A stretch of 64,000 nt of DNA from positions 288,001 to 352,000 of the forward strand of contig OZ244651.1 of the NCBI GenBank assembly GCA_965218695.1, in the 5' to 3' direction. The DNA comes from Nitrosopumilus sp. (GTDB lineage: Archaea > Thermoproteota > Nitrososphaeria > Nitrososphaerales > Nitrosopumilaceae). This document shows, in pieces, positions 1-9,154 of the stretch (within the stretch, counting starts at the first letter, position 1; each line of letters starts with the position of its first letter). Below the pieces are notes generated by a model, which had not been told where the DNA came from, did no database searches, and saw only the letters and a program-made list of their open reading frames with translations. Both the position numbers and the translations under genes were made by a program.

Positions 1-1367
1 TGGCAGGATAGAACGTCTTGAAAGGGCCTTGGGGTACAGCGAACGCCTCATGACATACTATACAAACCCCAACACGCCGCCCTCATCTGAATCCCTGGAA
101 TGGAAGGCCCAGAAGAGGGAGCGGGCAAAAAAACAGGAAAAGGAGGGCAAATCCAAGCGCGGGGGAAGAAAGGGACACGCGGGGGCGTCGCGCCCCCACG
201 ACCCGGAAAGGACCGTATCCCACAGGTTCGGGCGCAGGAAGTCGGGCAGGAGGCGGGTGCCGGTGCTCCCGGAATGCGGGTGCGGCGGCGGCGGCGGCCG
301 GATGGCGATTGGCAGTCCGCGCGTGCGGGACATCACGGACATCAGGGTGACTGCGTGCGAGACGCGGCACCGCGTGGAGACTGCAGTATGCGGCTCATGC
401 GGCCGCAGGGAAGATGCTCCAAACGACCTGCCGCGGCGGGGCAACTTCGGCAAGGGCATGGTCGGACTCGTCTCAGAACTGCGCGCGGCACGGGTGCCGC
501 TCAAGGGAATCTCGGTCGCGGTGCGCTCCATAACGGGCATTATGCTTGCAGGATCCACCGTCAACAACATCATGGCACGCGTCGGGGACGCCTCGGGCCA
601 CGAGGCAGGCAGGATCCTCGGGGAAGTGGAGGCTTCTGACTGTGCCGGGTTTGACGAAACCAGCTGGCGAAACGACGGCCAGAAGGTACACGCAAACGTG
701 GCACAGTCGGGCAAAAACATCGCAATAAACATCAGCCAGAGCAGGGCCACGCTCATGCTCGATGCCATGGACAAATTTGACGGGGTGGCGATAACTGACG
801 GGTACACCGGATATGACAGGTTTGACAAGGACGGCATGCACCAGTCGTGCTGGGCGCACGACCTCCGGCAGACAAGGCACCTGGCAGAAAAATACTGCGC
901 CGTGCCTCCCGAGACCAAACGTGTCCGGCGGCGGCAGCAGCAGCTCCACGAGGACCACAAGTGGGTGTTTGAGAGGGCAAAACTGCTGGCCGCGCAGGAG
1001 GCGCGCTCGCCACAGCTGCGGCATACGATGAACCGCACCATGCAGGACGTGCTTGACCGGTACCGCGATGCCGGTGGTGGTGGTGACGATGACGACATGC
1101 AAAAGGTGCTGGACAAGCTCGAGAGGCACCTGCACCGCATGTTTGCGTTCCTGGAGCATCCCGGCGTCGAGCCTACAAACAACGCCAGCGAGAGGGCGCT
1201 GCGCTACCTGGTGGTGTTCCGCAAGATAAGCGGGCAGACCAAGGGCGGCTCCAAGGCCATGAAGCGCCTTGCAGATTTTGTCACGTGCGTCCTCACGTGG
1301 AGGGCACATGGCAAGAGCGTGGCCGAAGAAGTTGGTCGACTGATATAAGGGGCAGGTGAATTCATAC
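1..1367 (+). mobile_element. IS66-family element (single-ORF, ISBst12-like), copy 1; left end lies outside the window
   Basis: Right TIR GGGCAGGTGAATTCATAC ends at 1367; near-identical to the complete copy at 17766-19298. Confidence 0.92.
29..1348 (+). CDS. IS66-family transposase (TnpC), 5' end truncated by the window edge
   Basis: Motifs NxxxPPSS, Cys knuckle, FDETSW, TDGY, HQSCWAH, PTNNASERALR. Confidence 0.92.
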   Translation: MGYSERLMTYYTNPNTPPSSESLEWKAQKRERAKKQEKEGKSKRGGRKGHAGASRPHDPERTVSHRFGRRKSGRRRVPVLPECGCGGGGGRMAIGSPRVRDITDIRVTACETRHRVETAVCGSCGRREDAPNDLPRRGNFGKGMVGLVSELRAARVPLKGISVAVRSITGIMLAGSTVNNIMARVGDASGHEAGRILGEVEASDCAGFDETSWRNDGQKVHANVAQSGKNIAINISQSRATLMLDAMDKFDGVAITDGYTGYDRFDKDGMHQSCWAHDLRQTRHLAEKYCAVPPETKRVRRRQQQLHEDHKWVFERAKLLAAQEARSPQLRHTMNRTMQDVLDRYRDAGGGGDDDDMQKVLDKLERHLHRMFAFLEHPGVEPTNNASERALRYLVVFRKISGQTKGGSKAMKRLADFVTCVLTWRAHGKSVAEEVGRLI

Positions 1368-1499
1368 TACGCCGTTTAACTATACCAAGAGTAAAAAATT
1401 CATATGATTATTAAATAATTTCAACTCATATGGTAATGTGATCATCCCACGTGATCCAGTCAATGAAGACCAAGACGATGTTGAAAAGATACGCCACTG

Positions 1500-2835
1500 C
1501 AGTAATCCCAGATGTGCTCACGGAGCCACGGGATCTGGCGGTGGCTCGGGCTGAATCGTAATATTCCGATAGATTGCTATTAGCGTGACAATTTTCATAT
1601 ACAGCTGCGTCACCGGAAGGACTCCGTCACGCAGCTTCAGAAAGCTGGCCAGCTGCGCGTTTACCAGCACCCACGCATTGAATAGCATCAGCGAGTACAG
1701 AAAGCAGAAAAGCCGGGCAGGCCTACTGCTGCCGAACGATTTCGCCCTGGCATTCTCTACCAGTCTGTAGCATGTCTCGATGGTCCACCTTTTGGAATAT
1801 TCCTCTACATCCATCCACGGGGCATTGGTGGCAAACGCAATGTATCGATCTTCCGGCGCACCTGCCTTCTTGTCCCCGTTCTTCGCCCCCTCACTTTCCT
1901 TCCTTACTCTCTTCTTCTCTGCTATGATCATGTGGTACTGAACCGTTGCCTTGTCAGAATTCGTCATGTCGGATTTTGAGATGGGGCCGAGCGTTTTGGC
2001 CACGAACTTGCGCAGCGAGTCTTTCACCCTACTGGTTCTGGTGCACGGCATCAGGTACTCAAGGCTAAGACGCTCAATCTCGGATATTGAGTTCACTGAA
2101 AAGAAGCCCCTGTCAACCAGGATCAGTCCCAGCCTGGATCCGACGGCGGAGACGTTTTCTAGGCACGAATTGAGGATTTCACGCAGGGATTCGTGCACGG
2201 ATGAGGACTTGCCCACGTATAGGGCCGCAAGGATAAGCCGCGATTTGGAGTTGACGCACTGCGCCGTGATGTACGCCTCGAATCTGTTGGTGCCGCTCTT
2301 GCGCTCTCCGCCTCTCAGGTCAGAGCCAAGTTTCTTGCTGTGGCACGGTATCAGGTGCATGTCGATGGCCACATCAAGCACATCAGGCAGCCTGCCAAAC
2401 AGGTAAAGCTCATCCAGCTGTGCCCTTACCGCCTGGTTAAAAGTCTCAAGCGCCTTACCCTCGTCCGTCTTGGACAGGATATCGCGAAACCACTCGTCGC
2501 TTGGAGAATGACGTGAATATCTTGGATTCTCGATGGACTGCGCCGTGATTTCTCTCATGGCGAAGCTGCATCCGCCGACCGAAGTGTCAAGCATCGCGGC
2601 ATGCAGCATGCCAACGTTAAAGTCGCTTGCGCCATATGTCGCGTTGTACCTTTTGGAGACCTCGGCGGACGGCACGATGCTTTCTCTCAGCACCTTCTCA
2701 ACAGATTCATATATTTTGCCATTGTTCATCATATCGCGTCTCAGGCGATCTTTTTGGTGGTACATAAGGATCGTCTGGGCGTGCCCCCATTGATCTGTTT
2801 GCATCAGGTGCTAGATGGCACATCTGGGATTACTG
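1500..2835 (-). mobile_element. ISH3-family (IS4-like) element nested in IS630
   Basis: Perfect 18-bp TIR CAGTAATCCCAGATGTGC; 5-bp TSD CACTG at 1495-1499 and 2836-2840. Confidence 0.92.
1518..2804 (-). CDS. ISH3/IS4-type DDE transposase
   Basis: Motifs AIDMH, LVDRGFFS, YSKRWTIETCYR; Pro-rich C-terminus. Confidence 0.9.
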   Translation of the reverse strand: MQTDQWGHAQTILMYHQKDRLRRDMMNNGKIYESVEKVLRESIVPSAEVSKRYNATYGASDFNVGMLHAAMLDTSVGGCSFAMREITAQSIENPRYSRHSPSDEWFRDILSKTDEGKALETFNQAVRAQLDELYLFGRLPDVLDVAIDMHLIPCHSKKLGSDLRGGERKSGTNRFEAYITAQCVNSKSRLILAALYVGKSSSVHESLREILNSCLENVSAVGSRLGLILVDRGFFSVNSISEIERLSLEYLMPCTRTSRVKDSLRKFVAKTLGPISKSDMTNSDKATVQYHMIIAEKKRVRKESEGAKNGDKKAGAPEDRYIAFATNAPWMDVEEYSKRWTIETCYRLVENARAKSFGSSRPARLFCFLYSLMLFNAWVLVNAQLASFLKLRDGVLPVTQLYMKIVTLIAIYRNITIQPEPPPDPVAP

Positions 2836-3290
2836 CACTGAGACCGATTGCAAGATCAAGGATCGCATGATGCTCATCATCAGGGTCCAGCGTGACAGAA
2901 TAACCATAAGGGATTCTGCAAAATCCCTTGGCAAGTCGCCCTCGTGGGGCTACAAGTGGCATGAGCGCTACCTGGAAGTGGGATTTGACCGACTGGAGGA
3001 CATGCCACGCTCCGGCAGGCCGACCAAGGCGGGCAAGGCAGACATGAAGAAGATCAGAAAGAATGCATGCAAGAAGACTGTATGGACGGGCAGGGAGATG
3101 CAGGAATACATCCTGCAGAGAACCGGCGTAAAGTACGATCTCGGATACGTGCGCAAGTTGCTGCGTGGATGGGGCTATTCCCAGAAGGTTCCCGTGGGAA
3201 GGCACGCAAGCAGGGCCTCTGACGAGGAGATCAGGGAATTCCAAAAGTCAATGCCGGAGATTATAAAAAAAGAACAGTGAAGGGGCAGTC

Positions 3291-3785
3291 GTGGCGATAC
3301 AGGACGAGTCCATAGTGATCTCCGATGCGCGGCCGCGGAGGCGTGGCTACACCAGGAAGGGAATGCGGGCGCTTTACACGTACACGGGCTCGCACTCCAA
3401 GACTGTACTCCACGGCCTGATCACCACAGACGGCAGGGGGATGTTCCGACAGTACGACAGGTTCAACCGGCACACCTTTGCGGATTTTTTGAGGCAGGCA
3501 GTATACAAATTCAAGAAGATCTGCCTGATCATGGACAAGGCCTCCCAGCACAGGGCGACAAAGATACGCGAGCTGGTTGAGAAGACAGACGGCCTGGAGA
3601 TAGTCTTCCTGCCCACGGCATCCCCGGACCTGAGCGCCATAGAGACGTACTGGAGGGATCTTAAGCGGGCAGTCCTTGACGTGCCGTACACCAGCCTGCG
3701 CATGCTCCGGGAGGCCATCACCAGGTACACGCGGTATACGAAGCCGAACCTGGCAGTTGAAAACTTCCTGTACAGGGCCATCTAA
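3291..3785 (+). CDS. IS630 transposase catalytic (DDE) part, in the +1 frame relative to the HTH part
   Basis: Motifs IQDES, IMDKASQH, SPDLSAIETYW; A7 run at 3265-3271 at the frame junction. Confidence 0.85.
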   Translation: MAIQDESIVISDARPRRRGYTRKGMRALYTYTGSHSKTVLHGLITTDGRGMFRQYDRFNRHTFADFLRQAVYKFKKICLIMDKASQHRATKIRELVEKTDGLEIVFLPTASPDLSAIETYWRDLKRAVLDVPYTSLRMLREAITRYTRYTKPNLAVENFLYRAI

Positions 3786-4231
3786 GACAGCATCAAATTA
3801 CGCCGGAGGCACGTCTAGCGTGTGCCATGCACGGTGCTTCAATTGTCCAGGATACCGGACGTTTGGGGTGTCTTTTCCCATCATTTGAGTATCACATACG
3901 CCATGATTTTCAGATGCAGCTGCCGCATCAATCATTTATGGGCAATTTTGATATGAATTTTTAATTCTTGGTATAGCCTAATCTGCATCAAACCCATTGA
4001 TGTTTATTTCGTGATTTTTTAGACAATAAATCATGAGGCGTGAATTTTATCTTCAAGATGCTGATCAGTTACGCTAAATGCGGATTCTGCAGACATGTGC
4101 TGGCGCGCTTGCCATGTTGCATGTGTGGGAATAATGGGCGCCATTTTCCGTATCTGAAATGATCTCTACTTCGGATATTCTTCGCGGATATGGCGTGACT
4201 CTCTGATCCGCGGCATGGCAGATGGTCCCTG

Positions 4232-4319
4232 AGACATAATCCGTAATTAGCAGTTAGGCAAAGTGGACGTGGGTGCTAGGCACAGATTCACGACAAATCG
4301 TTCATTACGGATTATGTCT
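4232..4319. mobile_element. 88-bp MITE of the IS5-type element at 6823-7997
   Basis: Perfect 16-bp TIR AGACATAATCCGTAAT, identical to the right end of the IS at 7982-7997. Confidence 0.85.
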
Positions 4320-4921
4320 CATGGATAGACAGCATTTTTTGTATTTTTCCCCCGAACCGCAGGGGCAGCGTTCGTTTCTGCCTACCTTCGGGATTGTGTG
4401 TGGCCCGGCACTGCCTCTGTCGCCGTCTGCATATTTGTATGGGTTCTCATCGGGATACGAGAAAATGTACAGGGGATCCATTGGAACCCCGCGTGATGGA
4501 TTGAACGTGCCAGCATATGCGCCGTCAAGATAATCCAGATCGAAATAATCATCTCGGATAAAGCCTGTCTCCAACGAGTCCTTTAGGTATCCGTACAGGT
4601 CGGGATCTTTCAGGTCCAGCAGGACATTGACAAGTACGGTCCTTGTTACAATGTCAGTCTCGTTTTGTGCGGCATCCTTTATCGATGCAACTATGCCAGA
4701 TTTTACCTCCGGATTGTCCATGGCGATCATAATCAACGCGTCTGCCGTGCCGCCTCGCACGAACATGTCTGCACCATCGTACCGCATGAGGGCAGTCAAC
4801 GTCGGTATGGCACCGACCCCCATGTGTGCCAGCACGTACGGCATGTCCTCGGTCAGCCAGTCGCCGGTTTCTTCATAATGCTTTATGATGGCTGTGTTTA
4901 TGACCAGCTGCGCCCTGTAAT

Positions 4922-6395
4922 AGAAACTATGCGTAATCCCTCCATTTCGCTGAATTAAACCGGAAAATGTTAAAAATTCTGATTTAATTCCCGTCATGTC
5001 AAGCGTGTGCGAACCCGTCCTGCCCGAAATGCGAAATAACGTGCGCAGCCTTGCAGCACCGCGATGTGCACGGAATTAATTGTTTGAAACGGCGCTGCCG
5101 GGGACGTTTGCCTGTTCCCAGTTTATTACCGGCCCCAGATTGCCGCCTGAAGGGGGTCCCTTCTCCAGGTAGTTCCACACGAGGTCCAGGTTTACAAGCC
5201 CTGTTATTATGTTAAATTCCCTGTTAAAGTCGCCAATCTTTCCCTTGTATGGCGCGGTAAGCCGGCCGTACCGCTTCAGCCTGCCAATGGAGTGCTCTAC
5301 CTTTACCCGGGCGGAATTGATTTTGTGGTTGTGTTCTTTTTCCTCCTTTGTAAAGCGCTTGTGGTTCTTGGTCTTCTTGTGCGGCTGCAGGGTGTTTGTA
5401 CCGGGCATATCCTTTGCGATTCCCTTGTAACCGCGGTCAGTAAGGGTGTGGATCCTGTCCTCTTCGGGGGTGTTCTCGTCGCACATGCGGTCCCACCACT
5501 TTCCAAATGGCAGCGGGCTCTCCCTGAGAAGCGTGATGTCGTGGACGGATCCCACGGTGCTGTCGGATATGGCGACTATCACCCCGTTTTCGTTTATGCA
5601 CACGGTGGTATTGAGGGTGAACTTTTTCTTCTTGCCAGAATACATCATGCTTCTCATCTGTTTTTCGTCCGGCCTCTGTATGGGGCAGTGCGTGCCGTCG
5701 ATCATCATGATGCCCCCGTCAGGTCCGGAAATTATTTTTTTGAGATCCTCTTTTGTCTCCGTGTCTGCCATCTCCTTTGAGATGTTGGCAGCAGTGGGCA
5801 GCGCCACGTCAAGCACCTCGTCTAGTACATCGATATACCGGGACACGGTTGCCTGGTCTATTCCAAAGAATGCCGCAAGCACGCCCTGCGTGGGGTTGCC
5901 CTTTTTGTACATCAGTGACATGAGCAGCGCGTGCCTTGGGTACAGCTTGCAGCGGTTCCCGGGATCCGATGCCCTCGTCTCGTCATTCCTGAAGAGTGGG
6001 GATTTGCCGCTTTGCCTTATCCACGCCTCGGCCCTGTCAAGTATGTATTGGAACTGTTCCCTGCACTTCAGCGTCGCGTCATGAAGATTTTTCTCGACTC
6101 TGATGATGTCGTCAAGCACCTCCACGCGGTGCAACAGGGCGGGCTCTCCTGCGGCTCCGGATTCGGAACCGTCCCGTGTGCGCCACAGGCTTTGCTCGTG
6201 CCTGGCAGCTGCGTCCTGGCGCTTGATTATGTCTCTGAGAGCCTTATTCTCTTTTTGCAGGTCGCTTGTTTTCTGATTCGACAACAGTATGAACCGGCAT
6301 ATTTTGGTTTTAATTGAATGGATCATAAATTTTTGACAGCAGGGCTAACATGTCAACGCGGAGTTTGAAAAAATTCTGGATTACGCATATTTTCT
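4922..6395 (-). mobile_element. IS5-family (ISL2-like) element, 1474 bp
   Basis: 18-bp TIR AGAAACTATGCGTAATCC / GGATTACGCATATTTTCT (1 mismatch); 3-bp TSD AAT at 4919-4921 and 6396-6398. Confidence 0.9.
5076..6326 (-). CDS. IS5-family transposase (HTH_Tnp_4 + DDE_Tnp_4 type)
   Basis: Motifs FGIDQATVSR, IDGTHCPIQRP, YSGKKK, TDRGYKG, RVKVEHSIGRLK. Confidence 0.9.
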   Translation of the reverse strand: MIHSIKTKICRFILLSNQKTSDLQKENKALRDIIKRQDAAARHEQSLWRTRDGSESGAAGEPALLHRVEVLDDIIRVEKNLHDATLKCREQFQYILDRAEAWIRQSGKSPLFRNDETRASDPGNRCKLYPRHALLMSLMYKKGNPTQGVLAAFFGIDQATVSRYIDVLDEVLDVALPTAANISKEMADTETKEDLKKIISGPDGGIMMIDGTHCPIQRPDEKQMRSMMYSGKKKKFTLNTTVCINENGVIVAISDSTVGSVHDITLLRESPLPFGKWWDRMCDENTPEEDRIHTLTDRGYKGIAKDMPGTNTLQPHKKTKNHKRFTKEEKEHNHKINSARVKVEHSIGRLKRYGRLTAPYKGKIGDFNREFNIITGLVNLDLVWNYLEKGPPSGGNLGPVINWEQANVPGSAVSNN

Positions 6396-6644
6396 AATGT
6401 TTCATCTTGGCCAGAATATGTATTGCACATATTGGAACCAAGCTGTCATCATCCAGATCGTTCCAGTACTCATCATCTGTCGCAAGTTGTGCCAAAAGAT
6501 GGAACGACTCTTCCCCCATTTCCAATATGCCGCGTACGGTCTTCTCGTCAGTGTAGATTCCGTCCGATTCCAGTATGGAGATCATGCTTGCCATAACCAA
6601 CAAGCCATGTGAAACGCCGCGATTCATTAATGTTGTTCAGTGGC

Positions 6645-6821
6645 GGCTCTGTAAAGTTACGGTGACCCGCGACTTGACTGATCCGCATCGACTAAAGTAT
6701 TCGAATCCGGCTTCCCAGATCTAGCCCTCACCACCATCGCTTCACTTGCGGATCCGACTGAGCCAAACCACCACAGCCCACGCGCCAGGATGTTGCGCCC
6801 AGCATTCTTGTCACGATCCAT
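6645..6821 (-). pseudogene. tnpB: 3' remnant of tnpB (IS200/IS605 family) with probable omega-RNA/right end
   Basis: 6821-6657 translates MDRDKNAGRNILARGLWWFGSVGSASEAMVV...LVDADQSS.., i.e. the RuvC-III DRDxNAxxNI motif plus C-terminal tail; cut at its 5' side by the IS at 6823. Confidence 0.75.
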
Positions 6822-6822
6822 G

Positions 6823-7997
6823 AGACATCATCATCCGTAATTGGGCATAACCACGCGATTGGGCACATTGTCGAACCAAATCCGGTCGGTTGCAGGGATT
6901 ACAGGTCAATTCGGGCTCACCCAATGATCAAAACGATACGTCAGTCGTGTTTTATTCTGATTTCCAATGTCAAAGCATGTCATTGTACGACAAATTGACA
7001 AAAAAGCCCAATCTGTTCATCCGGTGTACTGGACTGACAGTCTCCGAATTTGATTTGGTGGCAGAGCGGCTGACAGAAAAATACCCCAAGGCAGAGCAAA
7101 AACGACTCTCCAGAAGAGACAGGGTGCGCGGCATGGGCGCCGGACGCAGGTGGAAACTGAGTCTGAAGGACAGGTTTCTTCTGGTCCTGTTCTATTACAG
7201 GACGTACACCACGCAGGATCTTCTTGCCCTGACGTTCCATGTGGGTCAGGCCAGTGTGTCCCGCAGCATGGGGGCACTAGAGCCGTCGATCCGGCAGTGC
7301 GTTCCGCTTCCGTCAAAGATATACTTTGACATCAAGGCCACCAGAACGCTTGACGATCTTGAGGAGATCATTCCGGGCATGACTGCCCTGATTGATGCAT
7401 CCGAGCAGCAGATACAGCGGCCCGGGCGCAAGGACATGGAACGGTCCCACTACTCGGGCAAGGCACACAGGCACACATCCAAGGTCCAGTACACATCGGC
7501 CACGGACGGCCTCATCCTTCACAAGACCAGGCATTCTCCAGGCAGAATCCACGACTTTACAGTATTCAAAAAGAAACACCCGACGTTCCCTGAGAATCTT
7601 CCATGCAAGGACGGGGGCAAGGACAAGAAAAGGACCAAAGTAAGGGAGCTTCTAGACAGCGGATACCAGGGAATCAACAAGGAGTTTCCAGACAGGGATG
7701 CCGTGGTGCCATACAAGAGGGCACGGGGCACGGAACTGTCCCCAGAACAGAAGGAATTCAACAAAAAACACTCAAAGATGCGGGTGTATGTAGAGCATGC
7801 AATCCGCAGGGTCAAGCGGTTTCGCATCATGAGCGACGTCTACCGGAATCGCCTGAAAAAGTACGACACCATCAATGACATCGTCTGTGGATTTGCCAAC
7901 CTCAGGGTTCTCCTGGCTCGGGAAGCGGCAGGATAGGCAGCAAGCAACCTACACAATATAGGAAGATATGCACAATTTCTAATTACGGATTATGTCT
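6823..7997 (+). mobile_element. IS5-family (ISL2-like) element, 1175 bp
   Basis: TIRs AGACATCATCATCCGTAATT (degenerate, 3-bp insertion) / AATTACGGATTATGTCT; its own flanks (ATG/CTG) do not match each other. Confidence 0.88.
6977..7936 (+). CDS. IS5-family transposase (DDE_Tnp_4 type)
   Basis: Motifs TGLTVSEF, FHVGQASVSR, IDASEQQIQRP, YSGK, DSGYQG, RVYVEHAIRRVK; start chosen at MSLYDKL. Confidence 0.9.
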   Translation: MSLYDKLTKKPNLFIRCTGLTVSEFDLVAERLTEKYPKAEQKRLSRRDRVRGMGAGRRWKLSLKDRFLLVLFYYRTYTTQDLLALTFHVGQASVSRSMGALEPSIRQCVPLPSKIYFDIKATRTLDDLEEIIPGMTALIDASEQQIQRPGRKDMERSHYSGKAHRHTSKVQYTSATDGLILHKTRHSPGRIHDFTVFKKKHPTFPENLPCKDGGKDKKRTKVRELLDSGYQGINKEFPDRDAVVPYKRARGTELSPEQKEFNKKHSKMRVYVEHAIRRVKRFRIMSDVYRNRLKKYDTINDIVCGFANLRVLLAREAAG

Positions 7998-8129
7998 CTG
8001 AATGCAAAGAAGCGTTGCAGGGCCGAATGGTATCATGCATCGGCAACAACCCCAAACCACTATACGGCGTGTGGGTTGGCTGGCCTTTACAAGAGCATGC
8101 TGCATGCGACAGGGAGCACCTGCAGCGTC

Positions 8130-8987
8130 CTACCTCTTGGCGTATTCAAGGGCAAATTTTATCATCTCCCTTGGTATGTTCTTTTGCGCAACAGTTGCCA
8201 GCCCCTTGAACTCTACTGTGTTGTTGACCTCGTGTACCACCAGGCCCCTCTCCTCGTCTTCCATCATGTCGATTCCAAGTATTCCGCCGCCCACGGCCTC
8301 AGAGGCCGCCGCCGCCAGCTCCCCAATCTGGCCTGTCGTCTCACAGGGCTCGGGATGTGAGGCCTCAAGGGCAAGGTTTGTCTTGAACCCCACGGACTTT
8401 CTGTACATGGCTGCGACCGGGATGTGGTTTACGGTGATCACCCTGATGTCCCTTGGCGGCCTCTTGACGAGTTCCTGCAGGTAGTAAATCCTGTCATGCG
8501 GGCTGTCTGTAATTTCCCTTATCTCAAAGATGGCGTCCCTGGAATCCCTGTCCTTTACCTGCATCACTCCTCTTCCCCAGCTTCCAATGACTGGCTTGAT
8601 TACAAGCGGGTATCCGACCTTCTCGATGTTCTCTGCTGCGCTCTGGCTTGAGAATGAAAAGTACGTCTTTGGCGTCGGAATGTTGCCTTTTTTGAGGCGC
8701 AGGGTCATGAACATCTTGTTGCCGCAGATGTTTGCCACTTCAAACCTGTTGATGACTGGAATTCCCAGAAACTCCAGGCCTGCCGTAAAATGAAGTCCCC
8801 TGAAATAACTGACGCATCTCTCCAGGACCACATCGCCCGGGTCTATGTCGTCTCTTCTGCTGTCCGTATTGAGCTGGGTCGTCTTTGCATCCAGCATGGC
8901 AACATCGCATCCAAGTCCCGATGCCTCCTTTTGGAGCATCTTCTCTTCAGTTCTCAGGCGGTCAAATACAATACATACTTTTGACAT
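8130..8987 (-). CDS. lysX: LysX/ArgX RimK-family LysW ligase
   Basis: ATP-grasp motifs KPVIGSWGR, HEVNNTVEFKG; adjacent to lysW and argG. Confidence 0.92.
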   Translation of the reverse strand: MSKVCIVFDRLRTEEKMLQKEASGLGCDVAMLDAKTTQLNTDSRRDDIDPGDVVLERCVSYFRGLHFTAGLEFLGIPVINRFEVANICGNKMFMTLRLKKGNIPTPKTYFSFSSQSAAENIEKVGYPLVIKPVIGSWGRGVMQVKDRDSRDAIFEIREITDSPHDRIYYLQELVKRPPRDIRVITVNHIPVAAMYRKSVGFKTNLALEASHPEPCETTGQIGELAAAASEAVGGGILGIDMMEDEERGLVVHEVNNTVEFKGLATVAQKNIPREMIKFALEYAKR

Positions 8988-9154
8988 TACTCTCCCCAGT
9001 CTTCACCAATACTCTCTGCCTGCTTGAGTTCGACATTTGATCCATCATTCTTTGATATCTCAAAGTCGGCACCGCAATCAGGACATGAGACTATCTCTCC
9101 GACTGAGGCATCATCGGGGATGTTTAACGTAGCGTCGCATTCGTGGCAGTTCAT
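8987..9154 (-). CDS. lysW: Amino-group carrier protein LysW (55 aa; not in the ORF track)
   Basis: MNCHEC...CPDCG...EDWGE C-terminus; overlaps the argG stop and the lysX start. Confidence 0.95.
   Translation of the reverse strand: MNCHECDATLNIPDDASVGEIVSCPDCGADFEISKNDGSNVELKQAESIGEDWGE

Larger units (their letters stand above)
1463..3280 (+). pseudogene. IS630 transposase N-terminal HTH part, split by the ISH3 insertion
   Basis: Removing 1500-2840 restores the frame MKTKTMLKRYATETDCKIKDRMMLIIRV...; HTH signature KW..RY...G.DRLED.PRSGRP. Confidence 0.88.
1383..3973 (+). mobile_element. IS630-family element (~1250 bp once the nested ISH3 is removed)
   Basis: 23-bp TIRs TACCAAGAGTAAAAAATTCATAT / ATATGAATTTTTAATTCTTGGTA (21/23); TA duplicated at 1381-1382 and 3974-3975; reconstructed target CTAG, the classic IS630 site. 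Confidence 0.9.
4305..6627 (-). pseudogene. Helical-repeat (DUF1186-like) protein with C-terminal SEC-C Zn motif, interrupted by an IS5-type element
   Basis: KVGRNERCPCGSGEKYKKCC; excising 4922-6395 plus one AAT gives in-frame ...AKMKH-YRAQLV... (~281 aa). Confidence 0.85.

Noticed and set aside
58-1309. Long antisense ORFs over the IS66 transposases (also 18001-19113 and others)
   Set aside because: Shadow frames of GC-rich coding sequence with no recognisable motifs
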